Shown piece after piece: positions 36,647 through 47,629 of a stretch of 64,000 nt of DNA (positions are counted from its first letter, which is position 1; each line of letters begins with the position of its first letter). The DNA is from Alphaproteobacteria bacterium. GTDB lineage: Bacteria > Pseudomonadota > Alphaproteobacteria > Bin95. The DNA lies in NCBI GenBank assembly GCA_965205265.1, contig CBDBGH010000003.1, positions 4,288,001 through 4,352,000 on the forward strand, in the 5' to 3' direction. The notes beneath the pieces were generated by a model that had not been told where the DNA came from, ran no database searches, and saw nothing but the letters and a program-made list of their open reading frames with translations. A program made the position numbers and the translations under genes.

Positions 36647-37337
36647 CTGGTTCGCCTCGCTTCGGTCGACGCCGGTCGCTGCGGACCGGTCGCTGCCGGT
36701 GTTGTCCGTCATCATGCGGGAAGCGGAGGCCATGGGCCTGCGCCCCGAGGGCTCCAATCCCTGCCGGGGCATCCGCCGCTACCGCCGCAAGGGTCGCGAG
36801 CGGTTCCTCTCCGACGAGGACATCCGCCGTCTGTCCGCGCGGCTCAGGGTGCATGAAACCCGCTGGCCGCAGCAGGCGGCGCTCGTCCGGCTTCTGCTGC
36901 TGACCGGCTGCCGCAAGAGCGAACTCCTAACCCTGCAATGGTCGGATTACCGCGAGGGCCATCTGTTCCTGCGCGACAGCAAGACGGGACCGAGGACCGT
37001 ATGGCTCTCGGAACCAGCCCGGGTCGTTCTCGACGCCCTTGCCCGAAGGAACCGCTGGGTCTTTCCGGCGGAACAGGAAGATCGGCCTCGATGCACCGAG
37101 TGGCCGTCGCGCTTCTGGAACACGGTTCGCGCGGAAGCGGAACTGAACGACCTGCGCCTTCATGACTTGCGCCACTCATATGCGAGCCTGGCGCTCAGGC
37201 GGGGCGAGAACATCCTCGCCATCGGCAGGCTGCTGGGCCACCGCAAAGCGGAGACGACGCTGAAATACACGCATGCTGCCGACGCCATGATGCACGAGGC
37301 CGTCGAGACGGTCGGCTCAGTTCTGGGAGGAAACTGA
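36647..37337 (+). pseudogene. Tyrosine recombinase, N-terminus missing (begins at the intron 3' end)
   Basis: Frame WFASLRSTPVAADRSLPVLS...; LTGCRKSE, HDLRH, LLGH, Y catalytic motifs. Confidence 0.8.
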
Positions 37338-37340
37338 CCC

Positions 37341-38498
37341 ATGGCAGCCAGGGAACGCATGAAACTCACCGACGCGGCCGTCGCCCGCCTCCGTTCCCGC
37401 GAGCGAGAATACACGCTTTGGGACAGCCGCGTCCCCGGCCTCGGGGTCCGGGTCCGGCCTTCCGGGGGCAAGAGCTGGGTGCTGCTTCTCGACGCCGGCG
37501 GGCGCACGAAGCGCCTCTCTCTCGGGCCGGTTTCCGTAATGGGTGCTGCCGACGCCCGTCGCGAGGCTCTCGACCGGCTGGCCGGTCCGCCACCGCAGGA
37601 GACGGCCGGACCGGAAGACACGGTCCCGCTGTTCCGGGATTTTGTGGCGGGGCGGTGGAAGGAGGTCCACTTCGACCGCTACAAGCCATCGGGCCGCAAG
37701 ACCGCGTCCAAATATCTGAGGCGCCAGCTTCTTCCCACCTTCGGTTCGAAGCCGCTCGACCGCATTTCTCCGACTCATGTCAGGCGCTGGTTCGACCGAT
37801 ACAGCCGGACCGCGCCGGGCGGCGCCAATCGCGCCCTCAATATTCTTTGCCAGATCCTGAACTTCGCCGTCGCCTGCGGCCATGTCGAGGCCAACCCGAC
37901 CAAAGGCTTACGGAGAAACCGCCGCCCGGCGCTTACGCGGTTCCTGTCTCGCGAGGAAATCGCCCGCCTGCACGAGGTGCTGGACGCGCAGACCCGGAAA
38001 GGCAGCCGGCAGCAGGCCGACATCGTCCGCCTCCTGCTGCTCACCGGCTGCCGCAAGGGCGAGATTGTCGGCCTGCGCTGGTCCGAGGTTCACGACGGCA
38101 TGCTGGCCCTTGCCGACAGCAAGACGGGGCCGAGAAAGGTCCCGCTCAACACACAGGCTCGCGCGATTCTCAACCGGCAGCCGCGCGCGGGCAGCCCGTT
38201 CGTGTTTCCCTCACCGCGCGACCCCGCCCGGCCGCGCGGTCCCGACCTCCCGCTCTGGTATCGCGTGCGCCGCAAGGCCGGCATTGAGGACGTGCGCGTT
38301 CACGACCTGCGCCATACCATGGCCAGCCATGCGGTGATGAACGGCGTGCCCGTGCCGGTGGTCTCGCAGCTGCTCGGGCATTCCAACGTGCAAATGACGC
38401 TGCGCTACGCCCATCTCGCCGACCGTGACATCGAAGCCGCAGCCGAACGGATCGGGAAAGCCGTCGGGGTGCTGATGAACATAGGCACCGTGAAATAG
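37341..38498 (+). CDS. Tyrosine recombinase/integrase with arm-binding N domain
   Basis: WD...GLGVRV..SG.KSW; LTGCRKGE, HDLRH, LLGH..MT.RY. Confidence 0.92.
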   Translation: MAARERMKLTDAAVARLRSREREYTLWDSRVPGLGVRVRPSGGKSWVLLLDAGGRTKRLSLGPVSVMGAADARREALDRLAGPPPQETAGPEDTVPLFRDFVAGRWKEVHFDRYKPSGRKTASKYLRRQLLPTFGSKPLDRISPTHVRRWFDRYSRTAPGGANRALNILCQILNFAVACGHVEANPTKGLRRNRRPALTRFLSREEIARLHEVLDAQTRKGSRQQADIVRLLLLTGCRKGEIVGLRWSEVHDGMLALADSKTGPRKVPLNTQARAILNRQPRAGSPFVFPSPRDPARPRGPDLPLWYRVRRKAGIEDVRVHDLRHTMASHAVMNGVPVPVVSQLLGHSNVQMTLRYAHLADRDIEAAAERIGKAVGVLMNIGTVK

Positions 38499-38568
38499 CA
38501 TCTCCACCACAGGCACTCCTGCATTCGTGGGCACGGCTGTCGCACTCGTTCCCGTAATCGGCATTATG

Positions 38569-38744
38569 CGACGGTGGGTAGTCGAACGCACCTTCGCATG
38601 GCTCGGGCGCTGTCGACGGCTCGCAAAGGACAGGGAAAAATCCATCGCCTCCAGCGAGGCATGGATCAACATCGCCCACATACGCCTCACTACGCGACGC
38701 CTCGCAAGGGCCTGGAAAACTTGATGGAGTCTCGAATCAGGCTC
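38569..38744 (+). pseudogene. IS5-family (IS1031-like) transposase C-terminal remnant with right end
   Basis: RRWVVERTFAWL.RCRRLAKD; ends CAGGCTC followed by TTA. Confidence 0.8.
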
Positions 38745-40199
38745 TTAGGTAACGTGGCGGCAGTGGTGGCTGTCATCGGCATAATAAGCGCGCACGGCGT
38801 CCCGGCGCCGTCGATGGCGGCCCGATTGTTCGGCGTCCATGGCGGCCATTCGCCGGGCGCGCTTCATGAGTTCGCGCTCTGCGTCTCCCAAGTCCAGGCC
38901 GGTCAGAGCTCCGTCGCTTACCAACTCGCGCCCGGCGACCAGCAGGCTACGCACATGACGGGAAGTCGCCCGCGTCAGCACGACATCGAGTTCGTCTTCG
39001 TCCGCAATCAGGAAGTCCTCGCGCATGCCGGCATAGTCCAGCACGATAAGGTCCGCCCTCGCGCCGCGCGCAATCTCGCCGTAGTCGTCGCTGCCGTCGA
39101 TGCACCGGAAACCGTCGCGGCATGCCGCATCGAACAGGCGGCCGGGCGGAAAGGCCGGCTCGAGGCCGGTGCCGTTATGCAGACGCCAGGCGAGGCGCAG
39201 GTCTCGGAAGTAATCCTGATCGTCGTCATGCGCACAGCCGTCGAGCCCGAAGCCGAAGCGCAGCCCGTGTTGCATGAACCGCGCTACCGGCGCCATGCCG
39301 GAGCGCATTCTGAAATTGCTGGAGGTGTTGACGGCCACGGTGACGCCGCGCTCGGCCAGCAGTGCGCACTCGTCGTCGGTGAGATGCACCCCATGGGCGA
39401 GGGTCAGCCGGGGCGAGAGCAGGCCGATATCGTCAAGGAAGCAGACGATGCCCTGCGGATAGGTGGCGTCCAGCCACTCACGCTGGCGTCGCGATTCCAG
39501 CAGGTGCATGTGGACGCGGCGGTCGTTGGTCGCGGACGCCTCCGCGATGCGCTCAAGGGTAACGTCGTGGCACCATTGCGGCCCGATAGGTCCGTACTGG
39601 ACCTGGAACAGCTCGGTCTCATGCGCTTCTGCGACGGCTTCGACCTGCTCGACCAGATGAAGCGCCGGCCCACCATCCGCGATCGCAGCTTCCATGTCGG
39701 CGCGGTCGGCCGGTGGCAGGTAAGGCAGAAGCGCGCGCTGGTCGCCATACACCCATGGATTGCGGTCCCGAACGGGGCATGAGAACGCGATCCGTATGCC
39801 GACATCGGCTGCAGCGAGCGCGACCCCTGCGGCTTCCGACTCCAGGCTGTCCGCCACCAGCGAGTTGTGGCAGTGGACGGTTGCCCCGATACCGGCAAGC
39901 GCCATCCGGCCGAACGCGACAGCGGCCTCCAGGCGGGGGTCGATCGTCGCCCTGCTGAAGGACGCGATCCAGCATTCCAGCGCATCGTCGGCGCCGCCGA
40001 GCGCGGGCGGGCGTATGCCATAGCCGTGGTCATGGGCGTTGACCATTGCGGGCAGCGCGATACGTCCGTTTCGGCACGGGCCCTGGGTCTCCTCGATCCC
40101 GGAGATGCGGCCCTCTGCAAACATCAAACGAACGTCGCGAGCGGCAGGGAGATGGCCGGGGGCCGCGAGAAGACGTTCGACCTCCAGGGTCCCGGTCAT
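38745..40199 (-). CDS. Metal-dependent amidohydrolase/deaminase (SsnA/GuaD/AtzA-like)
   Basis: NAHDH, HMHLLE, LAHGVH, GLDG, G.I..GARADL. Confidence 0.85.
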   Translation of the reverse strand: MTGTLEVERLLAAPGHLPAARDVRLMFAEGRISGIEETQGPCRNGRIALPAMVNAHDHGYGIRPPALGGADDALECWIASFSRATIDPRLEAAVAFGRMALAGIGATVHCHNSLVADSLESEAAGVALAAADVGIRIAFSCPVRDRNPWVYGDQRALLPYLPPADRADMEAAIADGGPALHLVEQVEAVAEAHETELFQVQYGPIGPQWCHDVTLERIAEASATNDRRVHMHLLESRRQREWLDATYPQGIVCFLDDIGLLSPRLTLAHGVHLTDDECALLAERGVTVAVNTSSNFRMRSGMAPVARFMQHGLRFGFGLDGCAHDDDQDYFRDLRLAWRLHNGTGLEPAFPPGRLFDAACRDGFRCIDGSDDYGEIARGARADLIVLDYAGMREDFLIADEDELDVVLTRATSRHVRSLLVAGRELVSDGALTGLDLGDAERELMKRARRMAAMDAEQSGRHRRRRDAVRAYYADDSHHCRHVT

Positions 40200-41119
40200 G
40201 GTTCGTCCCCTCGATCGAGGTCGGCGCCGAACGAGGCGAGCGCACTCCGGAGATGCTCGCCCATCGCCTGCCCGGCCACGGTCGGCAGACGGTCGGAGGG
40301 CGCGACCAGGCAGAGGCGCAGGTCCGACAGGCGCTCTCCTTCCAGCGGAACCGCGACCAGTTGCCTGCTGGCCAGCTCTTCGGAGAACCCCAGCCGCGTA
40401 TAGAACGAAATCCCGACACCCCGCAGCAGAAGGCGCTTGAGCACCGCCTGGGTGTTCGAGACCGCTACCGGCTTGTGCGCCCTCTTGAACGCTTCCAGCT
40501 CGTCGCCGACGAAGGGCTGCATCGTATTGGCCGGAGCCTGGTAGATCAGGCGATGGGCGCCGCACTCGTCGAGCGTGACGGAGGTGCGCGACGCCAGCTC
40601 ATGGTCCGGTTTCATGACCACGCACATCGGACAGGCGATGTCCTCGAGCACGGTGACGCCGCGCCGCCAGGCCGGCAAGAAGGTCAAGCCGAGGTCGGCG
40701 CTCCCCTGGGAGACTGAGTGCATGGCCTCGATGGGATCGCAGGCCGTGACGCGAACCTGCACCGCTGGGTGTGCCGCAACGAATTGCGCCACCGCTTCGG
40801 GCAGGAAATGCACGGCCGGGCTGTCCAGCGTGGCGATGGTCACGTCGCCGCTGACGATGCCGCGCAGACCGTCGATATCGCCGCGCAGCCGGGCGAAGTC
40901 GTGCAGCGTGTCGCGCGCATGGCGCAGCACGAGCCGGCCGGCATCGGTCAGCCGCATGCCGTCAGGACGGCGCTCGAACAGCGGCGTGCCGAGGTGGTCC
41001 TCGAGCTTCAGAATCTGCCGGTTCACGGCGGAGGCGGAGATATGAAGCCGGTCCGAAGCACGGCGGATCGAGCCCTCTTCGGCCACCGCCTCGAAGTAGC
41101 GCAGCACCGCGGCATGCAT
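40196..41119 (-). CDS. LysR-family transcriptional regulator
   Basis: LRYF..VAEEGSIRRA..LHISASAVNRQI..LE..LG..LFER. Confidence 0.93.
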   Translation of the reverse strand: MHAAVLRYFEAVAEEGSIRRASDRLHISASAVNRQILKLEDHLGTPLFERRPDGMRLTDAGRLVLRHARDTLHDFARLRGDIDGLRGIVSGDVTIATLDSPAVHFLPEAVAQFVAAHPAVQVRVTACDPIEAMHSVSQGSADLGLTFLPAWRRGVTVLEDIACPMCVVMKPDHELASRTSVTLDECGAHRLIYQAPANTMQPFVGDELEAFKRAHKPVAVSNTQAVLKRLLLRGVGISFYTRLGFSEELASRQLVAVPLEGERLSDLRLCLVAPSDRLPTVAGQAMGEHLRSALASFGADLDRGDEP

Positions 41120-41125
41120 TCCCGG

Positions 41126-41458
41126 TCAGCCTCCATTCGACTTCCACCCGGCGACGACCGGGTGGTCCTGCCCGGTGCGAAAATCCGGACCCAGACCGCC
41201 CGGCTGACCCCAGTCGGTGACTGTATCACCGAAGAACTCGGCGTTGACGGCGGTGAAGCCGGCGGAGCCCGGCGGCAGGTCGTCCTCGTACCAGATGGCG
41301 TCCACCGGGCAGACGGACACGCAGACCGCACAGTTGATGCATTCGTCGGGCTGGATATAGAACATCCGCCCGCCCTCATAGATACAGTCCACCGGACAGA
41401 CTTCGGTGCAGACTCCATCCTTTATGTCGATACAGGCCTCGGCAATGACGTAGGTCAT
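41126..41458 (-). CDS. 7Fe (3Fe-4S/4Fe-4S) ferredoxin
   Basis: MTYVI..ACID..D..C..VCPVDCIY..I.PDECI.C..C...CPV. Confidence 0.9.
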   Translation of the reverse strand: MTYVIAEACIDIKDGVCTEVCPVDCIYEGGRMFYIQPDECINCAVCVSVCPVDAIWYEDDLPPGSAGFTAVNAEFFGDTVTDWGQPGGLGPDFRTGQDHPVVAGWKSNGG

Positions 41459-41482
41459 GGGGGCGCTCCGTCTGCCCGGGGG

Positions 41483-42250
41483 TCAGCTGCCGGACCATAC
41501 CGGCGCGCGCTTCTCCCTGAACGCGGCGACGCCTTCGTCGGCATCGCGGCTCTGCAACGCCGCGACAAGGCTCGGCAGGCGGGCATTGCGGGCTTCCGGA
41601 ACAGTCAGATGCGCGGTGTCGTTGGCCGAACGCTTGATTGCCCTGAGGCTGAGGGGCGCGCAGACGAGGATATCACGGACCCAGGCGTCGACCGCGTCGT
41701 CCAGCTCATCGAGAGGCGCGACCTGGTTGACCAGGCCGTGCTCCAGCGCCTCCGCAGCGTCGATCCGCCGGCCGGTCAGCAACAGTCCCATGGCAAGGGC
41801 CCGGGGAAGCCGGCGCGGCAGCGTGACCATACCGTCGAGCGGCAGGCGCCCGACCCGCGGCTCCGGCAGGCCGAACGACGCCGTATCCGCGGCGACGACA
41901 AGATCGCAACCGAGCACCATCTCAAATCCGCCGCCAAGCGCAATGCCATTGACTTTGGCAATGACGGGCACGGAGGGACGGCGGCCGAGCGCGAGGCCGC
42001 CGAAACCGTGGTCGCCGGTGCGGGCCCAGTAGGCCAGCCCGCCGGGGCCGTCTTCCTTCATGTCCGCGCCCGCGCAGAAGGCGCGGCCGGCGCCGGTGAG
42101 GACCGCGCAGCGAATCGCGGGATCGAGGTCGATTGCTTCCCAGGCTTCTCCGAGCGCCGCCTCGGTCGCAGCGTCCACGGCGTTCATCCGCTCCGGCCGG
42201 TTCAGCGTGATGCGGGCGACGCCGTCGGAGATATCGAACCCGACGCTCAT
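41483..42250 (-). CDS. Enoyl-CoA hydratase/isomerase family
   Basis: LNRPE..NA, AFCAGAD, GGGFE, FGLPE. Confidence 0.92.
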   Translation of the reverse strand: MSVGFDISDGVARITLNRPERMNAVDAATEAALGEAWEAIDLDPAIRCAVLTGAGRAFCAGADMKEDGPGGLAYWARTGDHGFGGLALGRRPSVPVIAKVNGIALGGGFEMVLGCDLVVAADTASFGLPEPRVGRLPLDGMVTLPRRLPRALAMGLLLTGRRIDAAEALEHGLVNQVAPLDELDDAVDAWVRDILVCAPLSLRAIKRSANDTAHLTVPEARNARLPSLVAALQSRDADEGVAAFREKRAPVWSGS

Positions 42251-43431
42251 GCGGCATCCTCGCCGGAGCGCGCAGGCGCGAGCACCTCGTCATTGTGCTC
42301 CCCTAGCGCCGGCGGCGCGCGGCGAACGGCGAACGGAGCCGCCGACATGTCGATGGGCGAGGCTACGAGACGCACCGGTCCCGCTGCCGTCGGCTCGATC
42401 TCCGCGATCATTTCGTTGCACGCGGTCTGCGGATCCTCGAGCGCATCCGCCAAGGTCATCACCGGGGCGCACAGGATATCGACGGCGCCGAGCCGCTCCA
42501 GCCAGTGCGCGGTGGTATCGGTCGCAAAGTGGTCCCGGAAAATCGCCTGCAGGTCGGACCGGTGCTCCTTCTGCCGGTCCAGGTCGGCGTATCTCGGGTC
42601 GGCGGTAAGGTCGTCGATGCCCAGCGCCGTGCAGATGTCGCGCAACGGGTGCTCCTTGAAGGCTCCGACCATGACCACGGCGCCGTCGAGGGTCTCGAAC
42701 ACGCCGGACAGCGGCATGGCGGCCCAGTTGAGTTCCCGCCCGCGCATCATCCACATCGCCGCCTCCTGCATCTGCATCGCCAGCATCGAATTGAAGAGCG
42801 ACACGGCGATCCGCTGCCCTTCGCCGGTTTTCTCGCGCTGAAGCAGCGCCATCAGAATGCCCTGGACGAGATGCATGCCGGCCGCGTAGTCGGCGAGCGC
42901 CGTCGGATAGACGGATAACGGGACCGAAGGGTCCGAGCGCCTGTGCATCGCGCCGCTCATCGCCTGGGCGAGAACGTCCTGGCCGCCCTTGCGCACATAG
43001 GGGCCGTCCAGGCCGAAGCCGGTGCCGACGGCGTAAACGATCCGTGGATTGATGCGGCGCAGGTCGTCATAGCCGAACCCCATGCGCTCCATGACACCGG
43101 GCCGGAAGTTGTTCACCACCACGTCAGAGGTCTCGACGAGCCGCAGCACCGCCGCCCGGTCTTCCTCCGTCTTCAGGTCGAGCGCGACGCTGCGCTTGTT
43201 GCGGTTGAGGCTCGCGAACACCGGGTTGTTGCCGCCATCTGGGTCTTCGCCGACGCTCCAGCGGGAGAGGTCGCCCCACCCGGCGCGCTCGATCTTGATG
43301 ACGTCGGCGCCGTAGTCGCCCAGCATCTGCGTGCAGCACGGGCCCATCATCACCTGCGTGAAGTCAAGCACCCGAACGCCTTCGAGCGGGAGCGGGCGGG
43401 CGGCGCCAGCGTTCGAATCCGGCGACATCAC
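42247..43431 (-). CDS. Family III CoA-transferase (CaiB/BaiF)
   Basis: PLEGVRVLDF, GADVIKIE, NRNKRS, NFRPG, PPALGEH. Confidence 0.92.
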   Translation of the reverse strand: MMSPDSNAGAARPLPLEGVRVLDFTQVMMGPCCTQMLGDYGADVIKIERAGWGDLSRWSVGEDPDGGNNPVFASLNRNKRSVALDLKTEEDRAAVLRLVETSDVVVNNFRPGVMERMGFGYDDLRRINPRIVYAVGTGFGLDGPYVRKGGQDVLAQAMSGAMHRRSDPSVPLSVYPTALADYAAGMHLVQGILMALLQREKTGEGQRIAVSLFNSMLAMQMQEAAMWMMRGRELNWAAMPLSGVFETLDGAVVMVGAFKEHPLRDICTALGIDDLTADPRYADLDRQKEHRSDLQAIFRDHFATDTTAHWLERLGAVDILCAPVMTLADALEDPQTACNEMIAEIEPTAAGPVRLVASPIDMSAAPFAVRRAPPALGEHNDEVLAPARSGEDAA

Positions 43432-44789
43432 GCAGCCTCCGGCACCCGGGCGTTGCCGGCCGGCACGTCGCCCGGGTCGGCGCCCTGGGCGCGCATCTGC
43501 CTCTGGACGGCGCGCACGTCCACTTCGCGGACCAGCATGCCGCCGTCGAGCGCCTGGGCGGCGGCGATGCCGGCGGCCTCGCCCATCGCCATGCAGGGCG
43601 GGATCTCGCGGCTGACCTTCTGCGCCTGCGGCGTCGCCGAGTAGTGGCGCCCGGCCACGAGGACCTGCTCCACGCCCACCGGCAGCAGGGCGCGGTAGGG
43701 GGTGTAGTAGTCACGGCCGCGGCAAACGGAGTCGTGGAAATGCACGCGCTCCATGACATCGCGCTTGGTAACCACATACTCGCCTTCGAGCAGGCGGGTC
43801 TGGCGCACGCCGGTCTGGGGAGCGAAATCCACGACATAGGCGCGCTCGAAGCCCGGAATGTGTTCGCGTGCGAATTCCAGCAATGCCTGCATGCGCCGCC
43901 GGCCCTCGAACTCCGCCGCCGTCAGGTCCGCCACCTTCATGCCGTCGAAGCCGGTCATGTGCGGGCAGTTGCACCACACCACGCCGGGGAGCGGCGTCTT
44001 CAACCACCAGTACTGCCAGGAGCCGCCGATCAGGCTCTTCGCCTGCTTGTCGAGCTCGGCGAACCGTTCAGGCTCCTCGAACTGGAAGCGTTCCGCTTCA
44101 TCGGTATCGACGCCGCCCATGCGCGAGACAGTCGTGACGATGAAGGCGCCCTCGGCGAAAGGAGCGCCGGCGCTCGCCGCGACATCCAGGTCGCCGGTGG
44201 CGTCGATGACGACTTCGGCCCGAATGGCCTGCGGCCCCTCCTTGGTTTCGACGATCACGCCTCTGGCCCGCCCGTCTTCGACGATGGCGGACTGGAACCA
44301 GCTGTGCAGGCGCAGCTCGACGCCGGCCTCCCGCACCATGTCGAGCGACGCCTGCTTGAAGCCGTCCGGATCGAAGGCTGCGGCGAAGATGACGGGGTGG
44401 GGCTTGGTGCGCGTGTGGAAGTCGAACACGCCCCAGCGGGACCACTTCCGCCAGAGCGCCTCGGTCGCCCGGATTGCGGGGTCGCGGTCCGCTTCCGGCG
44501 GATAGACGCACAGCCCTCTGGCGTGCATGCGCTCGATGACCTCCATCGCGAGGCCGCGCACCGAGATTTCCGTGTCGTTATGCATGTCGTCCAGCACCAG
44601 CACCATGCCGCCGGAGGCGAGGCCGCCGAGATAGGGATAGCGCTCGACCAGCACTGTCGGCGCGCCGTTGCGCGCGGCCGATACCGCTGCCGCGACGCCG
44701 GCCGGTCCGCCGCCCACGACCGCAACGCCGGCGGTAGCGACGACCGGCACCCGGGCCTCGGGCCGGGTCAGTGTTTCCGGAAGTGGCAT
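43428..44789 (-). CDS. FAD-dependent oxidoreductase
   Basis: VVGGGPAG, LVERY..LGG, IDATGD, GEAAG. Confidence 0.88.
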   Translation of the reverse strand: MPLPETLTRPEARVPVVATAGVAVVGGGPAGVAAAVSAARNGAPTVLVERYPYLGGLASGGMVLVLDDMHNDTEISVRGLAMEVIERMHARGLCVYPPEADRDPAIRATEALWRKWSRWGVFDFHTRTKPHPVIFAAAFDPDGFKQASLDMVREAGVELRLHSWFQSAIVEDGRARGVIVETKEGPQAIRAEVVIDATGDLDVAASAGAPFAEGAFIVTTVSRMGGVDTDEAERFQFEEPERFAELDKQAKSLIGGSWQYWWLKTPLPGVVWCNCPHMTGFDGMKVADLTAAEFEGRRRMQALLEFAREHIPGFERAYVVDFAPQTGVRQTRLLEGEYVVTKRDVMERVHFHDSVCRGRDYYTPYRALLPVGVEQVLVAGRHYSATPQAQKVSREIPPCMAMGEAAGIAAAQALDGGMLVREVDVRAVQRQMRAQGADPGDVPAGNARVPEAA

Positions 44790-44859
44790 GTGCTTGTCTC
44801 CGTCGTCTGTTCTCTATCGAGCGCCGGACGCGGGCCGGCGCGATTCCGGGTCGGTCCGC

Positions 44860-45699
44860 TCAGAAGACCGCGCCGGGCTTCCATTTCAGGATCCGCCGTT
44901 CGAGGAGGGTCGTGGTCACGAAGAACGCGACCGCCAGGCCCGCCCCCAGGATCACGGTGGCGTAGAGCAGCGGCGCGCGGAAGTTGTAGGTAGCCTCGAT
45001 GATGAGCGAGCCCAGGCCGTAGTTGGAACCGATCCACTCGCCGACGATGGCGCCGATGACGCAGGTGGTCGATGCGATCTTCAATGCCGCGAAGAGGAAC
45101 GGCAGGGAACTCTGCAGCCTGATCTTCCACAGGATTTCCCGGTCGCTGGCCGACAGCACCCGCATCAGCTCCAGCATTTGCGGGCTGACCGCCTTGAGGC
45201 CGCGCACCATGTTGACCAGGGTGGGGAAGAAGCAGATGAGCGCGGCGATGACGATCTTCGGCGCATAGCCGTTGCCGAGAATCAGCACCAGGATCGGCGC
45301 AATGGCGATGATCGGGATGGTGTTTATGAAGACCGCGATCGGGTAGAAGGCGCGCTCCGCCAGCCGGCTATGGACGAACCACACCGCCAGCACCACCGCA
45401 ATGGAGTTGCCGAGCGCGAACCCGGCAACCGCTTCGAGCAGGGTCGGCCAGAAGTTGATCCACAGGATTTCGCCCTGTTCGAAGAACACCCGGAGGACCT
45501 GGACCAGGCTCGGCGCGATGTAGCTCGGCACGCCGAACCCGGTGACGACGAGTTGCCAGAGCGCCAGCATCCCCGCCGCTGCGATGAGCGGCGGCGCATG
45601 GCGGAAGCGACGGCCGGCCGGGCGTTCGATGCGGATGGCCCGGCGGCTGCCGGCAGTCGCCGCACGGGCGCCTTTGCCTTCGATGCCCGCCATGGTCAT
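44860..45699 (-). CDS. NitT/TauT-family ABC permease
   Basis: Multiple TM segments; [20 protein letters not shown]. Confidence 0.9.
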   Translation of the reverse strand: MTMAGIEGKGARAATAGSRRAIRIERPAGRRFRHAPPLIAAAGMLALWQLVVTGFGVPSYIAPSLVQVLRVFFEQGEILWINFWPTLLEAVAGFALGNSIAVVLAVWFVHSRLAERAFYPIAVFINTIPIIAIAPILVLILGNGYAPKIVIAALICFFPTLVNMVRGLKAVSPQMLELMRVLSASDREILWKIRLQSSLPFLFAALKIASTTCVIGAIVGEWIGSNYGLGSLIIEATYNFRAPLLYATVILGAGLAVAFFVTTTLLERRILKWKPGAVF

Positions 45700-46508
45700 C
45701 GCGCGTCCTCCAGCAGGCTGCGCAGATGAGCGGTGACTTGCACGAATTCCAGCGTGTCGCGCATGGCCAGGGCCCTCGGCTCGGCGAAGTCGATGCTCAC
45801 GAATTCGCGCACGCGGCCGGGCTGGGCCGACAGCACCAGGCACTTCTGGCCGAGGAACGCCGCCTCGGGCACCGAGTGGGTGACGAACATGATGGTGGTG
45901 CCGGTCTCCCGCCAGATGCGCAGCAGCTCCTCGTTGAGCTTGTCGCGGGTGATCTCGTCCAGCGCGCCGAAGGGCTCGTCCATCAGCAGCACGCGCGGCC
46001 GGTAAACCAGTGCCCGGGCGATGGACACCCGCTGGCGCATGCCGCCCGACAGCTCGTGCGGCAGAGCATTCTCCCGCCCTTCCAGGCCAACCAACGCCAG
46101 CAGCGCTTCGGGCTCCGCATGCTGCTCCATGGCGCCGCTTTGCCGTCCGACTTCCAGCGGCAGGCGGACATTGTCGATGGCGCTGCGCCAGGGCAAAAGC
46201 GTCGCGTCCTGGAAGACGAAGGCGAAGTCGCGCGCGCGGCGCGCCTGCTCCGGCGTGCGATCGAAGACGCGTATGGCGCCGTCCGCGATCGGAACCAGGT
46301 CCGCGATGGCGCGCAGCAAGGTTGACTTGCCGCAGCCCGACGGCCCCAGCATGGTAACGAAGCCGCCTTCCGGAACCTCGAAGCCGACCCTGTCCAACGC
46401 GGTGATGCTGCCGGCATCTGAGTCGAAGCGAACCGCCAGCTCCCGCACCGAGATTGCCGCGGCGGCGGAGGTCTCAGCCTCCGCCGCCGCGGCAGTGGCA
46501 GCAATCAT
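45696..46508 (-). CDS. NitT/TauT-family ABC ATP-binding protein
   Basis: [24 protein letters not shown]. Confidence 0.95.
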   Translation of the reverse strand: MIAATAAAAEAETSAAAAISVRELAVRFDSDAGSITALDRVGFEVPEGGFVTMLGPSGCGKSTLLRAIADLVPIADGAIRVFDRTPEQARRARDFAFVFQDATLLPWRSAIDNVRLPLEVGRQSGAMEQHAEPEALLALVGLEGRENALPHELSGGMRQRVSIARALVYRPRVLLMDEPFGALDEITRDKLNEELLRIWRETGTTIMFVTHSVPEAAFLGQKCLVLSAQPGRVREFVSIDFAEPRALAMRDTLEFVQVTAHLRSLLEDAR

Positions 46509-47551
46509 CCAATCTGCTTCCTCAGCGATTCCGTCGCCGCCAGGATATCGGTGGTCATGACGTCGTCCACAGTCGGCGTTGCGCCCATGAACTGCTTCAG
46601 CTTGGCATAGGTGTCGATCTGCGCCTGCCAGTTGGCCGGATTCATCGCCGCCCAGCCGTCCTTTGCCGTCGTATCGTTGAACGAGAAGCCGAGCACGGGG
46701 CCGACCGCATCAAGTTCGCTCTCACGGCTCAGGTTCTTGTACTCCGCCACCAGGTGGTCGACACCGGCCTCCGGATTCTTGCGGGCCGCCCCCCACCCTC
46801 GGGCGGACCCGGTGAGGAAGCGGGCTAGCACGTCGGCGTGGTTCGCCAGCATGTCGTCGGTGGTGTAGTACACGTTGGCGTAGAGTTGGATGCCGGCGTC
46901 CCACAGCATCATGTCGACGCGGCCGTCGCCGAGCACCTTGAGCGCGTTGGTGTTGGTCATCCAGCCCGTGACGGCGGCCGCCTGGCCGGTCATGAGCTGG
47001 TTCATGTCGCTGCCCATCTTGACCACTTCGACCCGGTCTTCGGCGATGCCGTTCTTGGCGAGCAGCGCCCGGAGCAGGATGACCGCCGTCGGCTGGGTGG
47101 CGATGGTCTTGCCGACCATGTCCTGCGGGGTGCGGATGGGGTTGTCCTCGAGTGAGAAGTAGGTGAACGGATGCTTCTGGTAGCCTGCGGCGAACGCCTT
47201 GATCGGGATGCCGGCGGAGCGGGCCAGCATCAGGGACGGGCTGGAGGAGAGCTGGCCGGTCTGCGCCCGCCCGGCTGCCACCGAGGCGACGCCGTCCACG
47301 CCGGGACCGCCAGGCGTGACCTCAAGCTCGATGCCTTCCTCTTCGTAGAAGCCCATGCGCTTGGCCACGACCTCGCCCATGATGCCGTTGCTGGCGAGCC
47401 AGCCGAGCTGCATGTTGACCTTCGCCTTGCCGGCGGCCAGCGCCTCCACTGTGACGAACGAGGACGCAGCCGCGGCTCCACCCAGGGCAGCGCCGTATTT
47501 CAGGAACCGGCGACGGCGGGGTGAAGCGGGGACATGATTGTGCGTTGCCAT
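46505..47551 (-). CDS. NMT1/THI5-like ABC substrate-binding protein with Tat signal
   Basis: RRRFL Tat motif, [12 protein letters not shown]...PGGP. Confidence 0.88.
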   Translation of the reverse strand: MATHNHVPASPRRRRFLKYGAALGGAAAASSFVTVEALAAGKAKVNMQLGWLASNGIMGEVVAKRMGFYEEEGIELEVTPGGPGVDGVASVAAGRAQTGQLSSSPSLMLARSAGIPIKAFAAGYQKHPFTYFSLEDNPIRTPQDMVGKTIATQPTAVILLRALLAKNGIAEDRVEVVKMGSDMNQLMTGQAAAVTGWMTNTNALKVLGDGRVDMMLWDAGIQLYANVYYTTDDMLANHADVLARFLTGSARGWGAARKNPEAGVDHLVAEYKNLSRESELDAVGPVLGFSFNDTTAKDGWAAMNPANWQAQIDTYAKLKQFMGATPTVDDVMTTDILAATESLRKQIG

Positions 47552-47629
47552 TGGTGACCTCCCTGGTGACCGCCAGACGACGATAGCCCTGCGAAGCGTT
47601 CGCGAGGATTACAATTTTTCGTTCTATGC

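Noticed and set aside
12270-38498. Complete conjugative ICE
   Set aside because: No relaxase, coupling protein, T4SS, oriT or att/tRNA site recognised
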